A stretch of 64,000 bases of DNA from Candidatus Altiarchaeota archaeon (GTDB lineage Archaea; Altiarchaeota; Altiarchaeia; IMC4; QMZM01): the NCBI GenBank assembly GCA_016931955.1, contig JAFGDV010000012.1, positions 32,001-96,000 of the forward strand. Reading direction: 5' to 3'. Below, piece after piece: positions 32,220 through 40,197 of this stretch. The notes below the pieces were generated by a model, which saw nothing but the letters and a program-made list of their open reading frames with translations, was not told where the DNA came from and did no database searches. A program made the position numbers and the translations under genes. Position 1 is the first letter of the stretch, and the number at the start of each line of letters is the position of its first letter.

Positions 32220-33602
32220 ATGACAATCATCGACTCCCTGAAAGCCCAAAACGAATGGTGGAAGACCGGGAAAGTACCCACAGCACTCCTAAAAAAAACC
32301 AAAAGAGAAGAATACAAGACAGCAGAAAAACTCCTCAAAGAAGAAAGAATAACCGCAATAACCGGACCACGCAGAACCGGAAAAACAACCCTCCAATACC
32401 AGCTCATACACCACCTCCTCCAAGAAACCGAACCCAACAAGATACTCTACATATCCATGGACGACCCATCACTAAGACCCCACACACAAAACCTCCTACA
32501 AGAAATACTGGAAACCTACTACAGAGAAATCCTCCTCGAAGAAAAAAGAAACACACAAGTCCACGTCTTCATAGACGAAATACACTTCCACACAAACTGG
32601 GAACAATGGCTGAAAAAATACTACGACCAAAGATACCCAATAAAATTCACGATAACAAGCTCATCCTCAGCCCACCTATCACAGAAGTCAAAAGAAAGCC
32701 TCGTCGGACGAATCATCGAAATACTACTACTCCCCCTAAGCTTCAGAAGCTACCTCGCCCTCACAGGAAAAAACCAGCTCACAGAACACTACAACAAACT
32801 CAGCCTCGAAACAATAGACGCAGACAAAAGATTCCAGCTGCTAAAACACGAAGAAGAAGCACGGATCATGTTCTCAAAATACCTCCTATACGGAGGACTG
32901 CCCGAGTCCATAAAAACAGGAGAAATACACCTATGGCAGGAAAAACTAATATCAGACGTCCTAAGAAAAGTTATATACAGAGACATCACAGGACTCTACG
33001 ACGTCAGAACACCCACAAAACTCGAAGACCTCTTCGTCCACCTCACATACAACACCAGCAAAACATTCTCATACACCTCCCTCTCCCAAAACCTCGGCAT
33101 AAGCACAGAAGCCATAATAAACTACACACGCTACCTCCAGGAATCCTACCTCATAGGCGAACTACGACTCCACACAAAAAGCATCGAAAAAAGCCTCCGA
33201 GCCAACAGAAAATACTTCATAATGGACTGCGGACTACAGAACGCCATAACAAAAACCACCGACCTAACCGAAGCCAACACAGGCCCACTAATAGAATCCA
33301 CAATCGAAAAACACCTCTACGCATACGCCAAAAAAGAAAACCACAACCTACACTACTGGAGAGAAAAAGAAGAAGTAGACATAATACTAGACACCAAAAA
33401 AAAGACACTACCAATAGAGGTAAAATACAAAAACAAGATAAAAAAAGAAGACATGCGAGGACTACTCAAATTCATGGACAAATACAAAACAGACAAAGGA
33501 TACATGATAACCAAAGACCTCCTCCAAAAACAAAAAATCAACGGAAAAGAAATCCAACTAATACCAGCATGGCTATTCCTACTAGCAATACCCGCCGCCT
33601 AA
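32220..33602 (+). CDS. AAA+ ATPase, COG1373 type, copy 4
   Basis: QNEWW, GPRRTGKT, VFIDEIH, ESLVGR, GGLPE, KYFIMDCG and EVDII..PIEVKY motifs. Confidence 0.9.
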   Translation: MTIIDSLKAQNEWWKTGKVPTALLKKTKREEYKTAEKLLKEERITAITGPRRTGKTTLQYQLIHHLLQETEPNKILYISMDDPSLRPHTQNLLQEILETYYREILLEEKRNTQVHVFIDEIHFHTNWEQWLKKYYDQRYPIKFTITSSSSAHLSQKSKESLVGRIIEILLLPLSFRSYLALTGKNQLTEHYNKLSLETIDADKRFQLLKHEEEARIMFSKYLLYGGLPESIKTGEIHLWQEKLISDVLRKVIYRDITGLYDVRTPTKLEDLFVHLTYNTSKTFSYTSLSQNLGISTEAIINYTRYLQESYLIGELRLHTKSIEKSLRANRKYFIMDCGLQNAITKTTDLTEANTGPLIESTIEKHLYAYAKKENHNLHYWREKEEVDIILDTKKKTLPIEVKYKNKIKKEDMRGLLKFMDKYKTDKGYMITKDLLQKQKINGKEIQLIPAWLFLLAIPAA

Positions 33603-33855
33603 AAAAAAAAGACTGAGACAACAGCCTGCTTCTTTCCCGCCTGAACATATAAAAAGATCACTATTAGCATGATCATGGTTATACAATTCAGAAACCAAGT
33701 GACTGAACCCTAAGACCTGAAAGAAATAATAGGAAACAACAACGAATCAGCTTATAATCTATCCCCAAAAAAAAACCAGGGAAAGCATTCGAACACTACG
33801 AATAAAAAAAGATCCAGGAAAAAACCAGCCTGCATCACAGAAGAAGAAAAAAAAA

Positions 33856-34572
33856 CTACTTCAGATACAGGCGGAGACAATGCCTGACATAGGATAAGTG
33901 TTCTCCGAGATTAAGCTTGCTCTTACCGCCCTCTCGGTCAATGAAAGTGATCGGGACCTCCTTGACTCGGGAATAGCGGCCGCGAACCAGTATTTCTAAG
34001 AGGATCTTGAAGCCGACCGGGTTAAGGACGACGCCGTCAATAACTTCTCTGCGGAAGAAGAAGAAACCAGAGACCGGATCCCTGACAGAGGTGAGGGGGC
34101 GAGCCAAGAGGACAGCACCCCGAGAGGTTAGACGACGACGAAGAGGCCAATTCTGGATACAACCGCCACGGACATAGCGGCTGCCGACGGAGACATCGGC
34201 TTCGCCCCGCAAAATAGGAGCCACCAAAGCAGGAATAGCGTCTAGGGGATGAGAGAAGTCGGCGTCCATGACGCCAAATATGCCGCCCGAAGCCTGAGAG
34301 AAGCCGGCGAGGACGGCAGAGGAAAGACCTAATTTGCCGGAGCGGACGATGATTTTAAGATCGGGGTAAGGGCTTTGAAGAGAACGGACGACTTCGGCGG
34401 AGCCATCTGGGCTGTTGTCGTCTACGATGATCAGTTCACCGCGGAGGTCGTTGCGGGAAAAAACCTTGAAGAAGGCAGGAATAAGCTTGGATAAGTTCTC
34501 GCGTTCATTATAGGTGGGTACGACGACTGAGACCCTGGAGTTCTCCAAGGGAGGGAAAGAAGTCCTATGCAT
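33856..34572 (-). CDS. Dolichol/polyprenol-phosphate mannose synthase (GT2, DPM1-like)
   Basis: VPTYNEREN, VDDNSPDGS, KLGLSSA, MDADFSH, GSRYV, DPVSGFF, GFKILLE and EVPITF.DR..GKSKL motifs. Confidence 0.9.
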   Translation of the reverse strand: MHRTSFPPLENSRVSVVVPTYNERENLSKLIPAFFKVFSRNDLRGELIIVDDNSPDGSAEVVRSLQSPYPDLKIIVRSGKLGLSSAVLAGFSQASGGIFGVMDADFSHPLDAIPALVAPILRGEADVSVGSRYVRGGCIQNWPLRRRLTSRGAVLLARPLTSVRDPVSGFFFFRREVIDGVVLNPVGFKILLEILVRGRYSRVKEVPITFIDREGGKSKLNLGEHLSYVRHCLRLYLK

Positions 34573-34634
34573 GATAAAGGATATAAACAGATACGGAAAT
34601 AAATAAGTTTGCTGTTATGAGGTGGGGATAATCT

Positions 34635-34697
34635 ACCCACGGATGCAATAGTTATGCATAGATATTGTAATAGACTGCAGTATTTGGATACGATAAT
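34635..34697 (+). repeat. Orphan degenerate copy of the ATPase 2 promoter/operator (29033-29095)
   Basis: 63-bp ungapped alignment with 11 mismatches. Confidence 0.85.
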
Positions 34698-34816
34698 AAA
34701 AGATCACTGAGGGATAATGGGAGGGGCTGCTAGGATAGAGGAGTTGATACCCCAGTAGTCGTCGAGGACAAAGGAGAAGAAAGCCCCACGCATTTTACGG
34801 AACATACACGGTAATG

Positions 34817-34859
34817 TACTAAAAATAGTAAAAAAAATGATATTTTACTAAAAATAGTA
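34817..34859. promoter_or_regulatory. Duplicated operator upstream of the AbiE-type operon
   Basis: TACTAAAAATAGTA (a TACTA-N4-TAGTA inverted repeat) at 34817-34830 and 34846-34859. Confidence 0.7.
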
Positions 34860-34887
34860 TTTATAGGTGAAAAACACATAACATAAC

Positions 34888-35730
34888 ATGCTAGAACTGA
34901 TCTACGGGACAAAAACAAAGACCAGGATACTGGAAGAGCTCGCAACAGCAGGAAAACCAAAGACCAGAAAAGAACTAATAGAGCTGACAGGATGCGGCAC
35001 CAGGGGAGTATACGAGCAGACAGAGGAACTAATAACCCTAGGCATAGTCAAAGAAACCAAGAAAGGCTGGAAAAAACTAGAGCTAAACCCAGAACACCCA
35101 CTATACCAGGACATCAAAAACACGGCACTCGCAGCAATAGACTACAAAAAAAACCTCATAAAAAACCTCCTCCAGACAATAGACCAAATACTAGAAGACG
35201 ACTACTATATCGGATTCTACACAGCAGCCACAAAAAAAATCACACCAATCGACTACACACCAGAGAAACACGTATACAAGGTACTGGACACAGAATACGA
35301 AAAAAAAATAAAGAAAATCAAAACATACGACAAACTAAGGGAAATAGACATACAAAAAGAGAAAAAAGGGTTGATTAAGGCAGTATTCCTAAAATGCCAG
35401 AAAATCCCGGAAGACGTGACAAGAGAAGAAATACAAAACCAGGAAGTGTGGATAGCAAGCACGGAGAGGGGTATAGTAGAATGCTTCACCCCAGAAAACA
35501 AATACTTCACCAGATACGGAAGCTGCCTGGCCCTGCTACAAAACAAAATAGAAAACACAATAGACGAAAAACAACTACTGAAAATAGCAGGAGAACTCAA
35601 CATAAAAAAAGAACTAGTTAAAGTCATGGGCAGCTTCAACCACCACCTCAAAAAAAGACTATTCAACGCAGAACCCAACACAGAAGAGATCAAAGAAGTC
35701 AAACAGGCGATAAACACGGTATTAGGATGA
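34888..35730 (+). CDS. wHTH protein, putative AbiEi-like type IV antitoxin
   Basis: N-terminal winged-helix pattern (TRILEEL..KTRKELIELTG...ELITLGIV); WIASTERGIVEC resembles the AbiEi C-terminal T-x-E-R motif; ATGA overlap with the toxin gene. Confidence 0.6.
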   Translation: MLELIYGTKTKTRILEELATAGKPKTRKELIELTGCGTRGVYEQTEELITLGIVKETKKGWKKLELNPEHPLYQDIKNTALAAIDYKKNLIKNLLQTIDQILEDDYYIGFYTAATKKITPIDYTPEKHVYKVLDTEYEKKIKKIKTYDKLREIDIQKEKKGLIKAVFLKCQKIPEDVTREEIQNQEVWIASTERGIVECFTPENKYFTRYGSCLALLQNKIENTIDEKQLLKIAGELNIKKELVKVMGSFNHHLKKRLFNAEPNTEEIKEVKQAINTVLG

Positions 35731-36686
35731 AGACAACATACACGACAGAAGAAAAAGAAGGGATCCTAGGCATAATAGAAACCTGGGGGAGAGAACAGAT
35801 AACCCAAGACGTCTTCAGAAAAATACAACTACAGACAGGCATACCTTCAGGACTGATAGAGACAACATTCTGGCACATAGACACACTCTATCAGCTGAAA
35901 AAACTCGAAAAACCACCCATATTCAAAGGAGGAACCTGCGTACAATGCTACATCCCAGCAGGCCTGCAGAGAGCATCAAACGACCTAGACTTCAATTCAA
36001 GGATAGCCAACCCAGCCACCATAAGGGAGCAGATAAAAAAACTAAACAAAAAACTGCTAAACAAAGGAAACGCCACACAGATAAAAAAATACGGCGAAAG
36101 AATAAGCTATGGAACATTCGACTACCAGCTAAAAGACGAAATATCCGGTGTTATAACATTCAACAGGAGAATGCCCTCCCGCCTTGGAGAATACGTCAAA
36201 GCAGGCGAACTAGAGGTTCAGGCAAAAAACATGAAAATCCAGGTAAACTACAAACACGCCTGGATGCCCGCAATAAAGACGATAGACAAAAAACCAAGAT
36301 TCTTCATACTCGAACACCAAAAAATGAAAGGATTCACCTACCCAAGCTCAAGCCTGAACGACCTAATCGCCGACAAAATACTTGCAACAACAAAAGAAAC
36401 GGGGAGAGAACGATTCAAAGACGTATACGACCTGATGACTCTGTTCATGCAAAAATACGAGAAAAAACAGATACTCGAGAAACTGGAGAGGATACTGGAG
36501 AAGAAAGGGCAACAACCAGAGACCACGATAAAATCCTCGGCAACGAATATCGGGAGATTCACAGAAAAAAGCCTCGAAGCACAAGGATTCAAAAGCCTCG
36601 TATGCAAAGACGGCAGAAAACTCATAGAAAACTGGGAAACCAACTGCTTAAAGCTAACAGAGAAGATGAACTCGTTGCTGAGATAG
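35727..36686 (+). CDS. AbiEii/AbiGii-family nucleotidyltransferase toxin
   Basis: IFKGGT...RASNDLDF, ADKILA and RFKDVYDL motifs. Confidence 0.85.
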   Translation: MKTTYTTEEKEGILGIIETWGREQITQDVFRKIQLQTGIPSGLIETTFWHIDTLYQLKKLEKPPIFKGGTCVQCYIPAGLQRASNDLDFNSRIANPATIREQIKKLNKKLLNKGNATQIKKYGERISYGTFDYQLKDEISGVITFNRRMPSRLGEYVKAGELEVQAKNMKIQVNYKHAWMPAIKTIDKKPRFFILEHQKMKGFTYPSSSLNDLIADKILATTKETGRERFKDVYDLMTLFMQKYEKKQILEKLERILEKKGQQPETTIKSSATNIGRFTEKSLEAQGFKSLVCKDGRKLIENWETNCLKLTEKMNSLLR

Positions 36687-36863
36687 AGGAGTTGATCCCA
36701 TGGAAGACCCCTTGAGGAGGAGGCTTCTCGATTAATCTTGATTAAAGATCTCATGGTATAACCTTTAACTTCAATAGGGAGGTAGGGGTAGGGTGATATG
36801 CGTATTTATATACTTATGTTCACTATAGTATACAAAATATGAGGAATTTGTTCACCGAATAAG

Positions 36864-38150
36864 ATGGAGCACAGAAAAATCATAATACAATGGAAAGAAT
36901 ACACACCACCGAAGACACAACCCAGAGAAGTGAACATCGACCCCACAACAGACTTCATCACCACAATAACAGGCCCAAGAAGAGCAGGCAAAACATACCT
37001 CTGCTACCAGCTAATGAACCACCTAATAGACAAAGGAACCCCCCGAGAAAACATCCTATACGTGAACTTCGAAGACGAAAAACTCATAGGGGCTAAAGCA
37101 GCAGACCTCGAAAAACTGATGAACACATTCCAAGAACTAACAGACACCAACCCAGAACACAACACCTACCTCTTCCTCGACGAAATACAGAACGTCAAAG
37201 ACTGGGACGCATGGATAAGGAGAATACACGACACCCAAAAAAACGTGAAACTAATACTCACAGGCTCATCCTCCAAGATGCTAAGCCGAGAAGTCACAAC
37301 AAAACTACGCGGCAGAATACTAAACCACGAAGTATACCCCCTAAGCTTCAAAGAATACCTCACATGGAAAAACACCCCATACAACCTAAAAACACTAACA
37401 GAAAGCAGAGACAGAATCGAAGTAAAAAAACAATACAATGAATACCTGACAAACGGAGGCTACCCCACAATAGCACTCAACCAAGCACCCAGAGAACAGA
37501 TACTCCAAAGCTACTACGAATCAATGATATTCAAGGATGTGGTAGAAAGACACAACATCAAAGACGTCAAAAAACTGCGCATACTCGCAAAACTACTATT
37601 CGAATCCACATCAAAAGAGATGTCCTACAACAGGCTAGCAAACAAACTCAAATCCCTCGGATTCACAGCAAGCAAAAACACCATAATAGAACACATCAGC
37701 CACTTCGAAGACGCATACCTATTCTTCCAGAACATGAAACACGAGTACTCCATCACAAAACGGATGGGTGCGATAAAAAAGATCTACTGCATAGACAACG
37801 GACTACTCAACACAGTCAGCTTCAAATTCGCAGAAGACACCGGAAAACTGATGGAAAACCAAGTCTACATAGAACTAAAACGCAGAAACAAACAAGTCTA
37901 CTACCACAAAGACAAACACGAATGCGACTTCCTCACACAAGAAAAAAACAAGATCACATCAGCCATACAAGTAACCCACACACTAAACGACGAAAACGAA
38001 GACCGAGAAATAAACGGCCTACTTGAAGCCATGAGAACCCACAACCTACAAGATGGAACCATCCTCACCTTCGAACAAGAAGAGACAAGAAAAAAAGACG
38101 ACAAAACAATACGGATCACACCAGTCTGGAAGTGGCTGCTGGAGACATGA
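36864..38150 (+). CDS. AAA+ ATPase, COG1373 type, copy 5
   Basis: GPRRAGKT, LFLDEIQ, TGSSS, LRGR, GGYP, KIYCIDNG, ECDF and PVWKWLL motifs. Confidence 0.9.
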   Translation: MEHRKIIIQWKEYTPPKTQPREVNIDPTTDFITTITGPRRAGKTYLCYQLMNHLIDKGTPRENILYVNFEDEKLIGAKAADLEKLMNTFQELTDTNPEHNTYLFLDEIQNVKDWDAWIRRIHDTQKNVKLILTGSSSKMLSREVTTKLRGRILNHEVYPLSFKEYLTWKNTPYNLKTLTESRDRIEVKKQYNEYLTNGGYPTIALNQAPREQILQSYYESMIFKDVVERHNIKDVKKLRILAKLLFESTSKEMSYNRLANKLKSLGFTASKNTIIEHISHFEDAYLFFQNMKHEYSITKRMGAIKKIYCIDNGLLNTVSFKFAEDTGKLMENQVYIELKRRNKQVYYHKDKHECDFLTQEKNKITSAIQVTHTLNDENEDREINGLLEAMRTHNLQDGTILTFEQEETRKKDDKTIRITPVWKWLLET

Positions 38151-38221
38151 GATCGAAAGAAAAACAGACCAGAGAGTATCTTTGTTGACCAAAATTTATA
38201 AATAATGGACAACATAGATGT

Positions 38222-38296
38222 AAAGTGATAACATGGGACCGCGAAGAAAAAGGGAGAATAGAATACATACCACTATGGAAGTGGCTGCTGGAATAA
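38222..38296 (+). pseudogene. Orphan C-terminal fragment of a COG1373 ATPase
   Basis: Encodes KVITWDREEKGRIEYIPLWKWLLE* versus KIITWDHEETGRIEYIPLWKWLL in copy 2; last 32 bp match the end of copy 1 with 1 mismatch. Confidence 0.85.
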
Positions 38297-38493
38297 AGAG
38301 GTTATTTCATAGATGGCTGCTTGAGGCAGAAAGAGAAGAGCCCAGAAGAGAGCAAGGTAGTGCCCTGGAAAAGGCAAGATATAAAGGAGGTGAGGGGAAA
38401 TAGGGGATATAGTAGGGGCTCCGATGAATGCATCCCAACGAGGATAGAGAGAAAAGCTTTTAATCCCATATCGACAGAATACTTTAAGAGAAG

Positions 38494-38694
38494 ATGAAAT
38501 GCGCACTGGATAAGGAGGAAGGAATACCAGATAAGAGAAGATGCCCCAAAAAGATGCTCAACGGACCATGCGGCGGACAACTAAAGGGAAAATGCGAAGT
38601 AAACCCAGGATTAGGGTGCGTGTGGGTGCAGGTATATGAGGAACTCAAGAAGAGGGGGAAAGAAAAAATACTCAAGGAGCTGTGCATGAGATGA
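38494..38694 (+). CDS. metV: MetV-like (MTHFR C-terminal) Cys-rich subunit, short form
   Basis: RCPKKMLNGPCGG..GKCEV....CVW motif; overlaps the metF start. Confidence 0.7.
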   Translation: MKCALDKEEGIPDKRRCPKKMLNGPCGGQLKGKCEVNPGLGCVWVQVYEELKKRGKEKILKELCMR

Positions 38695-39569
38695 CGCTGA
38701 GAAGAGAATTAAAGAAAAAATTCACTTATACGGGAGAACTAGAACCCGGGAAGATTTCAGAGTTAAAGGAGATAGTAGAGGAAGCCAGGAAACTGAAGAA
38801 GTATGTTACGGCATGTAATGTAACAGACAACCCGCAAGCTTATGCGTACATAAGCAGCCTGGCGGCGTCGTATATGATACAGGAGAAGGCCGGGATGGAG
38901 GCCATATATCAGCTGACTTGCAGAGACAGGAATCGATTAGCGCTGACTTCAGAGCTGCTGGGGGCGGCGGCGCTGGGGATAAAGAATGTGCTGGCGTTGA
39001 CTGGAGACTACACTACGTTGGGGGATATGCCTGAGGCGAAGCCTGTATTTGATTTAGATGCGTGCCGGCTAGTGCATATGATCAAGGAGATGAACGAGGG
39101 AAGAGATATAAAGGGGAACCGAATAGAACCTAGGACGGAATTCTTTATCGGAGTCGCAGCGAACCCCAACGCTATACCATTAGAACCGGAGATACTGAAG
39201 CTGGAGAAGAAAGAAAAAGTGGGGGCGGAATTCGTGCAGACTCAGGTAGTGTATGAGATGGAGATAGTAGAGAATTTCCTGGAGGCAACGAAGAACGTGG
39301 AGATACCGATACTGATCGGGGTGTTCCCGCTGAGATCATACGGGGTAGCGGAGTACTTCGACAAGAACGTGCCCGGAGTCAAGGTACCCGAAAAACTGTT
39401 GAAGGAACTGAAGGAGATAAAGGAGGCTGGGGGGGCTCGGGAGGAATACGATAAAGTCAATGAAAGATTCTTTTCCGGACTAATAAAAGGGATAAAGAAG
39501 ACTGATGCGAGGGGATGCCATATAATGGCGGTGAATTACTCGGAGATTGTGGAGAAGCTGGTCGTCTAA
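38682..39569 (+). CDS. metF: Methylenetetrahydrofolate/methylene-H4MPT reductase, MetF family
   Basis: NVTDNP, QLTCRDRNRLAL, NVLALTGD, AKPVFDLD, QTQ and GCHIMAV motifs. Confidence 0.9.
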   Translation: MHEMTLRRELKKKFTYTGELEPGKISELKEIVEEARKLKKYVTACNVTDNPQAYAYISSLAASYMIQEKAGMEAIYQLTCRDRNRLALTSELLGAAALGIKNVLALTGDYTTLGDMPEAKPVFDLDACRLVHMIKEMNEGRDIKGNRIEPRTEFFIGVAANPNAIPLEPEILKLEKKEKVGAEFVQTQVVYEMEIVENFLEATKNVEIPILIGVFPLRSYGVAEYFDKNVPGVKVPEKLLKELKEIKEAGGAREEYDKVNERFFSGLIKGIKKTDARGCHIMAVNYSEIVEKLVV

Positions 39570-39907
39570 GTTTTTTCCATAAGGATCTTTTTGATGATGG
39601 GTCTGACCACTGGTATGTCCTCCTTCACGACAAGCCACACCCTCTTAGGGTCCATCCCAAAGTAGAAATGGATAGCCTTATCCCTCATACCCGCTATATC
39701 CCGCCAAGGCACTTCAGGATGCTTATCCTTCACAGGAGAAGGCACGTTTTTTGCCGCTTCGCCTATGACCTCGACACATCGGATGACGGCTTATTGAGTC
39801 TTCTCATCCCCTAAAAACACGTCATAAGACATATCTCTGATGAATTCCTCGGCAAGCTCCATGTTCTCCAACATATCCTTCAGATAGATTGACACGTTCC
39901 TTTTCAT
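39566..39907 (-). pseudogene. HepT/DUF86 HEPN ribonuclease toxin with an in-frame stop
   Basis: Manual translation MKRNVSIYLKDML...KTQ*AVIRCVEVIGEAAK...VPWRDIAGMRDKAIHFYFG; Rx4H motif intact; TAA at 39791-39793; ATGA overlap with MNT. Confidence 0.85.
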
Positions 39908-40197
39908 ACATAAACCGCCTCCTCTAGGACTCTATCCCGCAACTCAGCGCGAAGATCCTTTTTAGGAACAACATCAGCCTTAACGCCGAGAACATCACCC
40001 AAGAAATTCTCCAAGCCAACAATCCTGAGAAGACTCACCGGCTCCTCGAATTCGACGAGGAAGTCAACATCACTTGACTCATCCTGCTCACCCCTGACAT
40101 AAGACCCAAAAACACCGATACTCTTAACCATAAACCTCCTCGAAAGCTCAGCCCTATGCTTAGACAAAGCAGTCCTAATGTCACCAAGGGTTACCAT
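39904..40197 (-). CDS. Minimal nucleotidyltransferase antitoxin (MntA-like)
   Basis: GVFGSYVRGEQ...SDVDFLVEF motif; 97 aa; upstream of the HEPN gene. Confidence 0.9.
   Translation of the reverse strand: MVTLGDIRTALSKHRAELSRRFMVKSIGVFGSYVRGEQDESSDVDFLVEFEEPVSLLRIVGLENFLGDVLGVKADVVPKKDLRAELRDRVLEEAVYV

Noticed and set aside
28896-38296. Diversity-generating retroelement TR/VR pair at the ATPase 3' ends
   Set aside because: No reverse transcriptase in the window, the repeats are short, and the differences are not confined to adenines
39791-39793. Stop-codon recoding in the HEPN gene
   Set aside because: The codon is TAA, which terminates many genes in this window; a nonsense mutation is simpler
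39515-39814. 99-aa plus-strand ORF after metF
   Set aside because: Antisense shadow of the HEPN pseudogene
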